A DNA stretch of 64,000 bases, from contig CACJWK010000011.1 of the NCBI GenBank assembly GCA_902597095.1, positions 207 to 64,206 of the forward strand. Reading direction: 5' to 3'. This DNA comes from an uncultured Pseudohongiella sp. (GTDB lineage Bacteria; Pseudomonadota; Gammaproteobacteria; Pseudomonadales; Pseudohongiellaceae). The translations under genes and the position numbers were made by a program. The notes beneath the pieces are model-generated. The model saw only the letters and a program-made list of their open reading frames with translations, was not told the DNA's origin and did no database searches. Of the stretch, positions 18,685 to 29,009 are shown in pieces (within the stretch, counting starts at the first letter, position 1; every line of letters begins with the position of its first letter).

Positions 18685-20904
18685 GTGATAAACCCGTTGG
18701 AGAAGTTCAAGCATCGAAACATTGCTAAAGTCGCTACAGCATATGCTGTTGTTGGGTGGTTGATGCTGCAAATGACTGAGATCATACTTCCAACTTTCAA
18801 TGCCCCTCAGTGGATCGCTCAAACCATAATTTTTGTGGTCATTATGGGCTTTCCTATTGCACTGCTAATCGCTTGGGCATCCGAATTGAAATCAGACGTC
18901 AACGATCACGCCTATAGAGAATCGACACTTGAATCGAGCGCGATAAGGGCATCGGGTAGTCAAATTCCAAAAAAACTATTTTATGGCGTGGGTGCAATTA
19001 GCGTTTCTGTGATCGGCCTATTCGCGTTTTACGTTTCAACCAGCCTATTCGATGTAAACAGCCCCAATGAAGAATTGTCCCGCACAACTGGCGGCGCACA
19101 ATTTGAAACTGCACAAAACTTTAGAGGGCCAAGATTCAGTCTGAATCTCGGCGCGACAGGGTATCGAGCCCTACAGAACACAACGACTGACCTCGCGTTT
19201 TCAAATAATGGGAGGCTGCTAGCTTTTCTTGACCATGGCGCTACAACATCCGAAATATTTATAAAAGATCTTCTGTTCCCTGACTCAACAAGGTTGTTAG
19301 GTACTATTGGTTGGACACAAGGAAGTGGCCAGATGTTTTTTTCAGAAGACGGAGAATGGCTTCATTTTATCGATAAGGGGCAATTAAAAAGGGTTCGCGT
19401 TGAGGGCGGCCAATTCCAAACACTCAATGAAGCGGTCACGGTGGTAAGAAGTGGCTTCAGTTCGTTTGACGATAATTTGATCTACAGCAATATCGCAGAC
19501 GGTAAGCTGTATAAACAAATCCTGAGTACGGGCGAAACAAGCAAAATTGAAGTCGATGAAGATGGTGGAAGCTTTTATTCGTGGCCGAAAATTCTTCCCG
19601 ATTATGCTCACTTGCTAGTGACATCTTCAGATAATGCAACGAGTGTGGGCGACGGAAATATTCAAGTCATCGAGCTAGAAACTGGTGTTGCGAAAACCTT
19701 GATTAGGACTGCATCGAATGCCCAATATGTGAACTCAGGTCACATAGTTTTTATCAGAGATGCAGCGCTCTGGGCAGTACCGTTCGATCTTGAGTCACTC
19801 ACATTGAGTGGCGCTCAAGTTCCGGTAATCCAAGGCATAGAAACAAATAGTCAGTACGGCCATGCAACCTTTTCTGTGTCTGATCTCGGAAGGTTGACCT
19901 ACCTCCCTGGTAAAGACAGAGGAGAAGTTGGTGAAGAGTTGGAGCTTAAGTGGATCAGCAAAGATGGCAACGTGACCGGTTCAAACTTAGCAACGGCGTC
20001 TTATGGACACATCGAGCTATCACCGACAGGAGATCGGGCGGCTTTTACCATCTACACGGGCGATGGCTCTTCTGACATATGGGTTTGGGACTTAGGTCGG
20101 GGCACATTAGGCCGAAGGACCTTTGACGGCAAAGCGTCAAGATCAATCTGGTCAGCAAATGGTGACACCCTCTATTACAGGCACCTTGACCTTGGACTTC
20201 GAGCAGTCGCTGCTAATGGAACCGAGCAGCCAATTACCCTATTTGAAACTGACTCACCGCTCTGGCCACAAACAATCTCTCCAGATGGTTCTGCAATTAT
20301 TTTTAACACTGGACAACCTTATGCAACTTACAGATTGTCTCTTGATGATGAAATAGCGGGATCGAACGAACTTAGTGCTGAAGTTGTAAACTTGACGCCC
20401 GTGGTTCCACTTTTCTTGAGTGCAGAAATCTCGCCAACTGGAGATTTCATATCATATTGCTCTAACGAGTCAGGACTGAATCAAGTATATGTCAGACCAT
20501 GGCCAGAAATCGAGAGAGGAAAATGGCAAGCAAGTATCAGTGGCGGATGTGGAGCGACGTGGGATTCATCTGAAGAGCTTCTCTATTATCGGTTCTCAGG
20601 GGTAATGTATGAGGTCCCATATTCTTTGGGTGAATTCAACGACCAGGGTAAACCAACCTTAATCGAATTTGACATACCCACAGAGCTCGAAGCGATGGGC
20701 AGACTAAGCTTTGTCAATTCCCCTAACACATGGGACCCATATGATTACTCTGAGGATAGAGATCAATTTATAGTTGTTGGCAGGATTGGATCGGCATTGG
20801 AAGGCCTTGAGGAGGAACTGCTGTCCGCACAAACAACATTAGTGGTGGTCGAAAATTGGTTTGACGAACTCTTGAGTCTTGCCCCTTCCGCTAGGAGCCT
20901 CTGA
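18685..20904 (+). CDS. TolB-like beta-propeller protein with N-terminal membrane anchor (copy 3, most diverged)
   Basis: The start is taken at GTG 18685, five nt after a GGAGGA RBS. The N-terminus reads INPLEKFKHRNIAKVATAYAVVGWLMLQMTEIILPTFNAPQWIAQTIIFVVIMGFPIALLIAWASE. It has SPDG/SPTG blades and the C-terminus VVENWFDELLSLAP. Confidence 0.8.
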   Translation: MINPLEKFKHRNIAKVATAYAVVGWLMLQMTEIILPTFNAPQWIAQTIIFVVIMGFPIALLIAWASELKSDVNDHAYRESTLESSAIRASGSQIPKKLFYGVGAISVSVIGLFAFYVSTSLFDVNSPNEELSRTTGGAQFETAQNFRGPRFSLNLGATGYRALQNTTTDLAFSNNGRLLAFLDHGATTSEIFIKDLLFPDSTRLLGTIGWTQGSGQMFFSEDGEWLHFIDKGQLKRVRVEGGQFQTLNEAVTVVRSGFSSFDDNLIYSNIADGKLYKQILSTGETSKIEVDEDGGSFYSWPKILPDYAHLLVTSSDNATSVGDGNIQVIELETGVAKTLIRTASNAQYVNSGHIVFIRDAALWAVPFDLESLTLSGAQVPVIQGIETNSQYGHATFSVSDLGRLTYLPGKDRGEVGEELELKWISKDGNVTGSNLATASYGHIELSPTGDRAAFTIYTGDGSSDIWVWDLGRGTLGRRTFDGKASRSIWSANGDTLYYRHLDLGLRAVAANGTEQPITLFETDSPLWPQTISPDGSAIIFNTGQPYATYRLSLDDEIAGSNELSAEVVNLTPVVPLFLSAEISPTGDFISYCSNESGLNQVYVRPWPEIERGKWQASISGGCGATWDSSEELLYYRFSGVMYEVPYSLGEFNDQGKPTLIEFDIPTELEAMGRLSFVNSPNTWDPYDYSEDRDQFIVVGRIGSALEGLEEELLSAQTTLVVVENWFDELLSLAPSARSL

Positions 20905-21034
20905 GGGTAGAGGTTTCACATTGTTTTCAATTAAGATGGCAAATCAAACATATACTCCTGATATATTTGTTGCCATTGAGTCTAAAGAGAATGTGCAACG
21001 CTCAAGCCCATGAAATCAAAACTTGGAGAAAAAG

Positions 21035-21266
21035 ATGCCTAGTCAGTTGGAAAGGTTCAAGCAGAGTAATATTGCTGAGATAGTAATCGGTTATAGCTTG
21101 GTAGTGTGGGTGCTTATCCAACTGATTGAGGCCGCGCTGCCCCACTATCGAAACTCTCCTCTGGGTTGCTCAAACACTAACTTTCTTACTCATTCTGGTC
21201 TTTCCAATAGCTCTGCTTGTGGGATGGGCCTATGAGACATTACCTGCTCAACCTACTGAAACTAGT
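21035..21266 (+). pseudogene. 5' remnant of a fourth TolB-like gene (anchor region only, frameshifted)
   Basis: It encodes MPSQLERFKQSNIAEIVIGYSLVVWVLIQLIEAAL. A frameshift follows, and a second frame gives ..LWVAQTLTFLLILVFPIALLVGWAYETLPAQP. The DNA is homologous to 9397-9610. It is truncated at a repeat-arm fragment. Confidence 0.8.
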
Positions 21267-21310
21267 TACAACAAGTGGCAACAGGAAAGCTGCGGCGATA
21301 CCTTACGTCA
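21267..21310 (+). repeat. Short fragment (c6) of the composite-repeat left arm
   Basis: TACAACAAGTGGCAACAGGAAAGCTGCGGCGATACCTTACGTCA aligns with 1238-1281 (GACAACAACTGGCAATAGAAAAGCTGCAGTGATACCTTACTTTT) with a few mismatches. Confidence 0.55.
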
Positions 21311-21479
21311 AAAGCAGTTACAAAACCGAGCACACTGGATGTGTGACACCATCGAAGATCTTAGGAATATTGCTGTTATCATTCGAGTGCGACAACAAGT
21401 GCTGGAGCTTTGTGAACAATTCCCTGTCTATCGAGTTCGAACACGGCTAACAAATAATGTCGCTTAATGGTTATGTACG

Positions 21480-22877
21480 ATGACTCTCAGCGTTTTTGAC
21501 CTCTTCACCATAGGTATCGGTCCTTCAAGCTCTCACACCGTTGGGCCAATGCGCGCGGCCAAATTATTCATTGATGGCCTTAAGCTAAACGCGGATCTGC
21601 AAAATGTTTGTCGGGTACAAGTCGAGTTGTTTGGATCCTTAGGCGCGACAGGGGGGAGCCATGGCTCTACGAAGGCGGTAATCCTTGGTCTCTTGGGTCA
21701 AGAACCTGAGACTGTGGAAGTTTCCAAAATTGATCACGAATTACGCCAGGTCAGAGAACAGCGTCGACTGATTTTAAATAACGAACGGGCAATTGACTTC
21801 GATGAAAAAACCGATCTACTTATGCACCGAAACCGCTCCCTTCCCTTTCACCCGAATGGTATGAAATTCAGTTCTTTCAACAATTCAGGCACTGTACTCG
21901 CCACGAAAATATTCTATTCGATTGGCGGCGGCTTCGTAATCGATGAGAATGCTAAAACAGAAACTAAGACACCTAAAAACCAGACGCACGTACCCTATCC
22001 GTTTTCTACCGGAAAGCAGCTACTAGATATAGCAGAAAAAACAGGGTACTCGATAAGTAGCATCATGCGCAAAAACGAGCTTACCTGGCGAAGCAAAGAT
22101 GACCTAGAACTGAAATTAAAAGATTTATGGGAGACTATGGAACACTGCATTGACAGAGGATGTCAATCAGAGGGACTGCTACCTGGTGGCTTAAATGTGA
22201 AACGACGCGCTAAAGACCTTTACCGCCAGTTACAAGCGATTGAAGCAAACAGCGAGGATCCACTCGGAACAATTGACTGGGTCACGCTGTACGCGTTAGC
22301 TGTAAACGAAGAAAACGCGGCTGGGGGAAGGGTTGTCACAGCGCCCACGAATGGCGCAGCCGGCATTATTCCAGCCGTCTTAAAATATCACTTGACGTTC
22401 TCTGCCGCAGCCGACCGAGCTGATATAGGGAGCTTCTTGCTCACGGCTGCAGCAATTGGAATCTTATACAAAGAAAATGCTTCGATTAGTGGTGCCGAGG
22501 TTGGCTGTCAAGGTGAAATCGGTTCTGCGTGCTCTATGGCTGCAGGCGCTTTAACCGAAGTGTCAGGAGGCACGCCCGCTCAAGTTGAAAATGCTGCTGA
22601 AATCGCTATGGAACACAATCTGGGGTTAACGTGTGATCCTGTAGGTGGGCTTGTTCAAGTACCGTGTATTGAACGAAACGCTATGGGAGCCATAACGGCT
22701 ATATCAGCATCAAGGATGGCCTTGCGCGGTGACGGAAATCATCTAGTATCGCTAGACAAAGTCATTAAGACCATGCGCGATACAGGCAGAGACATGCAAG
22801 AAAAATATAAAGAAACAGCTAGGGGTGGTTTAGCAGTTAATGTGATAGAGATCCCTGTCAATGTTGTCGAGTGTTGA
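21480..22877 (+). CDS. sdaA: L-serine ammonia-lyase (L-serine dehydratase, single-chain iron-sulfur type)
   Basis: 465 aa. The N-terminus is [24 protein letters not shown]. It also has the C-terminal [11 protein letters not shown] and [17 protein letters not shown] blocks characteristic of SdaA/SdaB. Confidence 0.9.
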   Translation: MTLSVFDLFTIGIGPSSSHTVGPMRAAKLFIDGLKLNADLQNVCRVQVELFGSLGATGGSHGSTKAVILGLLGQEPETVEVSKIDHELRQVREQRRLILNNERAIDFDEKTDLLMHRNRSLPFHPNGMKFSSFNNSGTVLATKIFYSIGGGFVIDENAKTETKTPKNQTHVPYPFSTGKQLLDIAEKTGYSISSIMRKNELTWRSKDDLELKLKDLWETMEHCIDRGCQSEGLLPGGLNVKRRAKDLYRQLQAIEANSEDPLGTIDWVTLYALAVNEENAAGGRVVTAPTNGAAGIIPAVLKYHLTFSAAADRADIGSFLLTAAAIGILYKENASISGAEVGCQGEIGSACSMAAGALTEVSGGTPAQVENAAEIAMEHNLGLTCDPVGGLVQVPCIERNAMGAITAISASRMALRGDGNHLVSLDKVIKTMRDTGRDMQEKYKETARGGLAVNVIEIPVNVVEC

Positions 22878-22927
22878 TTAAACGTTACTATTAACTATGT
22901 CTGTTTGAGAATTACTGCTTTAGAACA

Positions 22928-22953
22928 CCAAAAAGAACTGTCTCGTCAGAGAC
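22928..22953 (-). terminator. Weak candidate intrinsic terminator downstream of the peptide ABC operon
   Basis: On the minus strand it reads GTCTC-TGAC-GAGAC followed by AGTTCTTTTT. The stem is only 5 bp. Confidence 0.3.
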
Positions 22954-23029
22954 TCACACAAGCGAGCCATCCAACCTTCCCCGACTCATAACATCGCTTA
23001 TATTACCGATAGCAAAACAAAATGTGAGC

Positions 23030-24001
23030 CTAGTGCTGTGATCTAACGTGGCAGCGAATAAAGTGATTTGGGTCAATTTCAACTAGGGGAGGCCGTTTAC
23101 TAGCACACTGCGACTCAGCGATCGTGCATCTGCTTACATAAGGACAACCTTTTGGCGGTTCAATAGCATTGGGCAGCTCTCCCCGAATCACGGGCTCTTT
23201 ATAGGTCTTCCGGCGATCGGGGTCCGGAATTGGAATAGCAGAGATCAAAGCCTGGGTGTACGGATGGCACGATTTAGCGAAAATATCCGCAGTTGGGCCT
23301 TCCTCAATAATTACACCTAGATACATTACTTTGACCATATCAGAGATGTGTCGAACAACAGATAAATCATGAGAAATAAACAGATAACTGAGACCTAATT
23401 CTTTTTGTAGACGAGCGAGAAGGTTTAGAATTTGGCTTTGAATTGATACATCTAAGGCACTTACCGGCTCATCGCAAACGACTAACTTCGGAGACATTGT
23501 TAGCGCTCTAGCGATTACCACCCTTTGCCGCTGCCCACCTGAAAGCGCTTGAGGTAGCCGGCCAAATAGGTCAGGATTGAGCCCTACCATTTTCATTAAA
23601 TCGCGCGTTCTATTTTCTATTTTCCGCTCGGGAAACCCCGAAATTTGCATGGGCTCGCCGATCGCTCGACCCACGCTTAATCTGGGGTTTAGTGCTGAAA
23701 CTGGATCTTGGGAAACAACTTGCATTTGTCTCCATACTTGTTTTCTTTCGTTTTTATCCAAAGCAGCTAAGTCTGTGCCTTCAAAGAAAATTTCCCCTTC
23801 GGTTGTTTCAATGATGCCAAGTATCGCCCTTGCAACTGAGGACTTCCCGCAACCCGACTCACCGACTAGTGCAACGGTTTGCCCATGATTAATTCGTAAA
23901 TTAACGCCATCAACAGCACGCAGAGTTGAACGCCTTTCTGAGAAGCTGTGCCTCTTTAATTTGTAGTTAACTTTAAGATTAACTGCATCTAATAAGTACA
24001 T
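23030..24001 (-). CDS. Oligopeptide/dipeptide ABC transporter ATP-binding protein (OppF/DppF-like)
   Basis: 323 aa with Walker A GESGCGKSS and signature LSGGQRQR. It has the C-terminal oligopeptide-type extension CHPYTQALISAIP. Confidence 0.85.
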   Translation of the reverse strand: MYLLDAVNLKVNYKLKRHSFSERRSTLRAVDGVNLRINHGQTVALVGESGCGKSSVARAILGIIETTEGEIFFEGTDLAALDKNERKQVWRQMQVVSQDPVSALNPRLSVGRAIGEPMQISGFPERKIENRTRDLMKMVGLNPDLFGRLPQALSGGQRQRVVIARALTMSPKLVVCDEPVSALDVSIQSQILNLLARLQKELGLSYLFISHDLSVVRHISDMVKVMYLGVIIEEGPTADIFAKSCHPYTQALISAIPIPDPDRRKTYKEPVIRGELPNAIEPPKGCPYVSRCTIAESQCASKRPPLVEIDPNHFIRCHVRSQH

Positions 24002-24004
24002 AGT

Positions 24005-24946
24005 TTAAAGTGGGGAAAAACACGCGGCCCCGTCGACCCCCGGTAAAAGCACTGGCCTTTCCTTACAATCGTCAATCGCACGATCGCAACGCGGGAAAAA
24101 TCTGCACCCACTCCGCTGGTCTCCCGGCGACGGCACACTCCCGCTGATAGTGAATAACTCTTCTTTTCGAGGCCGGTCAATGCGTGGCAGGGTTTGAAGC
24201 AACATTTGCGTATAGGGATGGTGTGGCAAGGCAAATATGTTTTCTACTGAGCCTCTCTCCACTATCCGACCGCCGTACATTACGGATACATCGTCTGCGA
24301 TTTCGGCTACAACTCCCATGTCATGGGTTATAAGAAGTACAGACAAGCCCAGTTCCGATGACAGTTCGGATAACAGCTGTAATATTTGAGCTTGAACCGT
24401 AACATCAAGAGCCGTAGTAGGCTCATCCGCTATCAACAATTTAGGTTCAGCAACTAGGGCAGAGGCGATCATTGCTCGCTGACACATACCGCCGGATAAC
24501 TCGTATGGTAATTGTTTCGCTCTTATCTCCGGTTGAGGGATACCAACCCGCTCCATAAGTTCTATGGCTTTAGAAAAGGCTCTCTTTCCGCTCGCAATTC
24601 CGTGAACCTCCAAACTCTCTGCAACCTGAACGCCCACCGGAGCGAGAGGATTCAAGGAGCCAACCGGCTCTTGAAATATCATAGAAATCTGCCGACCACG
24701 TAAGCTAGACATTTCCCTTTCAGAAAGCTCAGCTATGTTCACATTATCAAATTCTATCCTTCCTTTTATCAATTCGAGGTTGTTACTCAGAAGTCCAATA
24801 GCGGCAAGTGCTGTAAGGGATTTTCCCGAGCCGCTCTCACCAACAAGCGCACTAATCTTTCCACCTTCAACGTCTAAATCTACCCCATCAATCAAGTGCA
24901 GTCCATCTGCAGCCACTATAAGCCCTTTAATCGACAATAAAGGCAT
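24005..24946 (-). CDS. Oligopeptide/dipeptide ABC transporter ATP-binding protein (OppD/DppD-like)
   Basis: The start is taken at ATG 24946 (MPLLSIKGL), one nt after the stop of the upstream gene. It has Walker A GESGSGKS, signature LSGGMCQR and HHPYTQMLL. Confidence 0.85.
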   Translation of the reverse strand: MPLLSIKGLIVAADGLHLIDGVDLDVEGGKISALVGESGSGKSLTALAAIGLLSNNLELIKGRIEFDNVNIAELSEREMSSLRGRQISMIFQEPVGSLNPLAPVGVQVAESLEVHGIASGKRAFSKAIELMERVGIPQPEIRAKQLPYELSGGMCQRAMIASALVAEPKLLIADEPTTALDVTVQAQILQLLSELSSELGLSVLLITHDMGVVAEIADDVSVMYGGRIVERGSVENIFALPHHPYTQMLLQTLPRIDRPRKEELFTISGSVPSPGDQRSGCRFFPRCDRAIDDCKERPVLLPGVDGAACFSPL

Positions 24947-24947
24947 T

Positions 24948-26522
24948 TTAACTCTCCGCCATCGCGGCTGCCCAAGGGCTGTTAGGGTGCGCCGCTCCAA
25001 TGTTTACCCTGTTGCCACATCCCGAAGTTACCAGGGAGGGAACTGCGAAATTTACTGGAAACAGTGTATCTTCAACAATTTGAGTTTTGTGATGTTGAGC
25101 TATGCTTTCGAGTGTTTCAGCCGAGAAAGCCCGATTCATTAGTAGAGTATCGGAGCTCGTGTCTATCCTTGGGGCATGCATAGCCTCTTCGGGTGAGTAA
25201 TTAAGATCAACCAAATAAGACAAGATCTGTGCGACTGCGGGCACTATTTTGCGACCTCCAGCTGCGCCGAGGGCTATTTCAGGCTTCTTACCCCTCAGAG
25301 CTATTACAGGGCTCATATTTGCAAGTGGTTTTTCACCAGGTGCTATTGAGTTTGGTCTGCCTCTACGGGGGTCGAACCACATCATCCCATTATTAAGTAG
25401 GATTTCTAGGTCAGGCACCATGACCTTTGAACCAAAGCGAGACAACAAGGTGTTTGTCAGAGCAACCATATTGCCTTTTCGATCCACAACAGACACGTGA
25501 CTAGTGCAGCTATCTTTCCCCGCAGCATGCCCCATTGTTTCAAGCCTCAACCGATCGGCTGCCATCAGCGCGTTCGCATAGGCGAGGGTCATCTCTGGTT
25601 CACCAGCTGCAGAGAGATCAACGCATCCTAGACTTGCTAATGCTGCTAGTAAAGTCGGCCCCCCGGAAAGTTGGGACATCGTATAAACCTCTCGGTCTCT
25701 GTACTGAACGCTGAGCGGCGCATGCCACTCCGATTGGTAGTCTCTAAGATCCTTCTTTGTAAGCCGGGAACCATTTTGATCTAGAGATTTCAGCATTTTA
25801 TGAGCGATTTCTCCCTCGTAAAAATCATTGGCGCCTTCTTTTGCAAGCCGCTCCAAAAAAGTTACATTTTGCGGCAATCTCAAAAAGTAACTGTTCGGAA
25901 ATTCAGGAGACCTTTCCCACCTACTCTGATTAAGAAACGCTGACGCGGCTGCAGTATTCTTTGAAAGACCATCACGATCATTAGCAATCGCTAGCTCAGC
26001 GAACCAGTCAATTCGCATGCCCCTCGCTGCCAACTCGATAGTTGGAGCTATTACTTCATCCCATCTCAGCGAGCCATAACGTTGAAGGGCAGCCGAAAAG
26101 CCGTGAACCGAGCCAGGAACACAAATCGATTTCGGGCCAATCAGGTTGTTATTGTTCGTCACCCTAGGCCAATTAAACCAATCACCATCTTTGCCTTCTT
26201 CAACAATATAGTCACATGACTGAATAGCTGCTGCCGCTCGGACGCCGAAGTCTAAGGTAATGACCTCACCATCCGAGTTTGCAAACAAAAGGAAGCCTCC
26301 TCCACCAAGACCTGACAACCATGGTTCCACAACCGAGAGGGCGAAAGCCGCGGCTATCGCTGCGTCCATGGCGTTTCCCCCACGCGCTAAAATCTCGCAG
26401 CCCACGCGTGATGCTTCATAGTGTTGAGTAGAGATTACACCACCGTAGCTTTCGACCTGTGGCTTACGAACGGACCATGTGTGATAAAAATCCGACGCTG
26501 CTGAGAGCTTTTTTGTCTGCAA
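24948..26522 (-). CDS. ggt: Gamma-glutamyltransferase family protein (no obvious signal peptide)
   Basis: 524 aa. It has the GLGGGGFLL block and the autoprocessing/nucleophile region CTSHVSVVDRKGNMVALTNTL typical of GGT-family Ntn hydrolases. Confidence 0.8.
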   Translation of the reverse strand: MQTKKLSAASDFYHTWSVRKPQVESYGGVISTQHYEASRVGCEILARGGNAMDAAIAAAFALSVVEPWLSGLGGGGFLLFANSDGEVITLDFGVRAAAAIQSCDYIVEEGKDGDWFNWPRVTNNNNLIGPKSICVPGSVHGFSAALQRYGSLRWDEVIAPTIELAARGMRIDWFAELAIANDRDGLSKNTAAASAFLNQSRWERSPEFPNSYFLRLPQNVTFLERLAKEGANDFYEGEIAHKMLKSLDQNGSRLTKKDLRDYQSEWHAPLSVQYRDREVYTMSQLSGGPTLLAALASLGCVDLSAAGEPEMTLAYANALMAADRLRLETMGHAAGKDSCTSHVSVVDRKGNMVALTNTLLSRFGSKVMVPDLEILLNNGMMWFDPRRGRPNSIAPGEKPLANMSPVIALRGKKPEIALGAAGGRKIVPAVAQILSYLVDLNYSPEEAMHAPRIDTSSDTLLMNRAFSAETLESIAQHHKTQIVEDTLFPVNFAVPSLVTSGCGNRVNIGAAHPNSPWAAAMAES

Positions 26523-26526
26523 TGAT

Positions 26527-27399
26527 TTACCCTCTGGAAGAGGACCTCTGACTTACAGCGAGATCAGAAGGCAGTCTGACTTCAAGCTTCTTGCTAAGCG
26601 TCTCATGATACTTGGCTAATTCTCCGCAGGTCGTAATCCAGACAGACAGATCTTCGCGGATTGTAGTGAAGAGCTCTTCCAGCCTTGCCACTCTTGAAGG
26701 CCGCCCTGATATCCAATCGTGAATGGTAAGCATAAAAAGCCCACCAGAGCTGGCCTGTGCGTCCGCGTCGTTCGCCCATTGTGTAATTACCTCATTATCC
26801 CCTGCTGGCATATGGTCCCCCGGACCCAGGAATTTAAAATAAACAGCGTCGTCGTTATTCCAGAAAACTGGGATTTCAGTGACGCCGTCTATAGTGTATG
26901 GCGCATCAAAACCCATGAGGCTGGAGTCCCAAAGCCCTACCCTCTTGAGCTCACTAAACATGAAAGGCGTCATCTCCCAAGCTGGTGAGCGAAAGCCTGC
27001 AGGTTCTTGACCAGTTTGCTTTCTGAAGAGTTCAATCGCACTGCCGAGTGAGTCAGCGAACTGCTGATCTGAGATATCGCCCACTAATTCGTGATAGTAA
27101 CCGTGCAAAGCGATCTCATGACCTCGCTCTATGAGCCCCGGCAAAAGATCAGGGTTATCTTCTGCAACAACACCTGGTACAAAAAAACTGCCTTTTATTG
27201 AGATTGAGTCCAACATCTTAACGATCCGGGCAAGACCGACACGCATCCCATATTGCCGATGATCTGCGATCGCAACTGTTTTTGGTAAATTTTTACGATG
27301 CTGCCAAAGGTAAGGTGCGTTGGCATCTACATCTACACTAAAGCATGCTGCTGAATTTTTGCCTTCTGGCCAGATGTAGTTCGGTTGGTCCCAGATCAT
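26527..27399 (-). CDS. Polysaccharide deacetylase (NodB homology) family protein
   Basis: 290 aa. It has FFVPGVVAEDNPDLL...GHEIALHGYYHE, a NodB-type metal-binding His motif. Confidence 0.7.
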   Translation of the reverse strand: MIWDQPNYIWPEGKNSAACFSVDVDANAPYLWQHRKNLPKTVAIADHRQYGMRVGLARIVKMLDSISIKGSFFVPGVVAEDNPDLLPGLIERGHEIALHGYYHELVGDISDQQFADSLGSAIELFRKQTGQEPAGFRSPAWEMTPFMFSELKRVGLWDSSLMGFDAPYTIDGVTEIPVFWNNDDAVYFKFLGPGDHMPAGDNEVITQWANDADAQASSGGLFMLTIHDWISGRPSRVARLEELFTTIREDLSVWITTCGELAKYHETLSKKLEVRLPSDLAVSQRSSSRG

Positions 27400-28154
27400 A
27401 GTGCTCTCTTTTTCTCTTGATAAACATCCATTGTGCCGGCGGAATTGCCGCCATCGACCGATAGAGTTGTCCCTGTAATATTGCGAGCCGCACTTGAGGC
27501 AAGATACAAGGCCGCCTGCCCGATGTCATTTTTTGATATCTCGCCTCCGAGGGGGATTGATGACAACACCCGCTCTACGTGTTCTTCACTTAAGCGCGAG
27601 ACTGACGAACCTTTCGCAAACCCGGGCTCCAAACAATTCACCCTTATTCCGTATTCAGCAAGTTCCAGGGCGAATCCTTTGCTCATTCGATCCAGTGCTG
27701 TCTTTGACATACAATATGTCACCGCCGTACGGCGCATCTTACGAGCAGCCCCGGAGGATATGTTTACGAAACTCCCCTTGATCTCTTCCCGAATCATTTG
27801 CAAGGAAAAACCTCTCATCAGAGCGAATGGAGCCCGCACATTAACACCCATAATTTGGTCCCAGTCTTCGATTCGCATATCAAGAAGAAATGAAGACGGG
27901 TATATCCCAGCGTTATTGACGACAATGTGTGGCGCTCCCCACTCCTCGCTAACCGATTCCAACAATTTTTTCAGTCCTAAATCAGTTGTCAGGTCTGCCG
28001 ACACTGCGAACCCCTCAAGCTGATCTGCTGATGTATCTGATGAGCAAACGATTGCACCCTCCGCAAGGAAGTGTTCGATCAACATCCTTCCGATGATTCC
28101 ATTTGCGCCCGTGATCACAACGCGTTTCCCTACAAATTCATTATCAAAATTCAC
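27396..28154 (-). CDS. SDR family oxidoreductase
   Basis: 252 aa with the cofactor motif TGANGIIG, NNAG and the catalytic YCMSK (YxxxK). It has 4-nt overlaps with both neighbours. Confidence 0.8.
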   Translation of the reverse strand: MNFDNEFVGKRVVITGANGIIGRMLIEHFLAEGAIVCSSDTSADQLEGFAVSADLTTDLGLKKLLESVSEEWGAPHIVVNNAGIYPSSFLLDMRIEDWDQIMGVNVRAPFALMRGFSLQMIREEIKGSFVNISSGAARKMRRTAVTYCMSKTALDRMSKGFALELAEYGIRVNCLEPGFAKGSSVSRLSEEHVERVLSSIPLGGEISKNDIGQAALYLASSAARNITGTTLSVDGGNSAGTMDVYQEKKRAL

Positions 28155-29008
28155 GATTTAGTATCCCTATCTGTTGGTAAGCCGCCGACGCGCTCACCAA
28201 TCGTGTTCGCGCTCAAAACCAAAATGAACAAACCTAACCCTGGAAATGTTGAGATCCACCACGCTGTACTCACATAATTACGCCCAGTCGATAACATTGA
28301 CCCCCAACTCGCTGCTGGCGGCTGTACTCCCAGTCCTAAAAAGCTTAACCCAGCTTCAAAGAGAACCATAAGGCCAAACTCCAAGGTTGCGATAACTAAA
28401 ATCTGATTAAAAATATTTGGGAAGATGTGGGTCCTGAGCACATGCAGGGTAGAGGCTCCCATTGCATTTGAGATAACAACGAACTCTCTATTCGCTAAGC
28501 TCAATGTTTGCGCGTGAGCAACTCTTGCATATCGGGGCCAACGCGAAAGACTCAGCACCAGTATGACATTTACTATTCCTGGCCCAAGAATAGCAACCAA
28601 TAAAATTGCGAGGAGTATCGCAGGAATTGAGAGAAAAACATCGACAAGTCTCATGATTATCTGCTCAAACCACCCCCGGTGGTGGCCGGCAAGCATCCCT
28701 AAAGCCGTACCGACTACCCCCGAAAAAATAACCGAGAGAAAAGCCACAGACACGGATATTCTTGCCCCGTAGATCACTCTGCTCAGAACGTCTCTACCGA
28801 GTTCGTCTGAGCCAAGCCAAAATACCCCGCCCCTGACTTCAAATCCTGGTGGTTTTAATCTCGCAAGCAGATGCTGTCGATCCGGGTCGAAAGGCGAAAT
28901 CCAAGGTGAGAAGATTGCCATCGCAATGAAAATAACCAGAAACAAATAAGGCCAGAATTGTGCCATTGCGCGTATCTGGATAAATGTAGATTCTTTCAGG
29001 TATTCCAT
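28151..29008 (-). CDS. Peptide ABC transporter permease (OppC/DppC-like)
   Basis: 285 aa with 6 TM segments and the EAGLSFLGLG EAA-loop motif. Confidence 0.85.
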   Translation of the reverse strand: MEYLKESTFIQIRAMAQFWPYLFLVIFIAMAIFSPWISPFDPDRQHLLARLKPPGFEVRGGVFWLGSDELGRDVLSRVIYGARISVSVAFLSVIFSGVVGTALGMLAGHHRGWFEQIIMRLVDVFLSIPAILLAILLVAILGPGIVNVILVLSLSRWPRYARVAHAQTLSLANREFVVISNAMGASTLHVLRTHIFPNIFNQILVIATLEFGLMVLFEAGLSFLGLGVQPPAASWGSMLSTGRNYVSTAWWISTFPGLGLFILVLSANTIGERVGGLPTDRDTKS

Positions 29009-29009
29009 T

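Noticed and set aside
27433-28023. Long antisense ORFs inside confident genes. Examples are 27433-28023, 17647-18123, 32620-33096 / 41427-41903, 42254-42760, 33937-34326 and 36793-37173.
   Set aside because: They lie opposite genes with clear family motifs. Their compositions are low-complexity (R/S/P-rich) and typical of shadow frames, and they have no motifs of their own.
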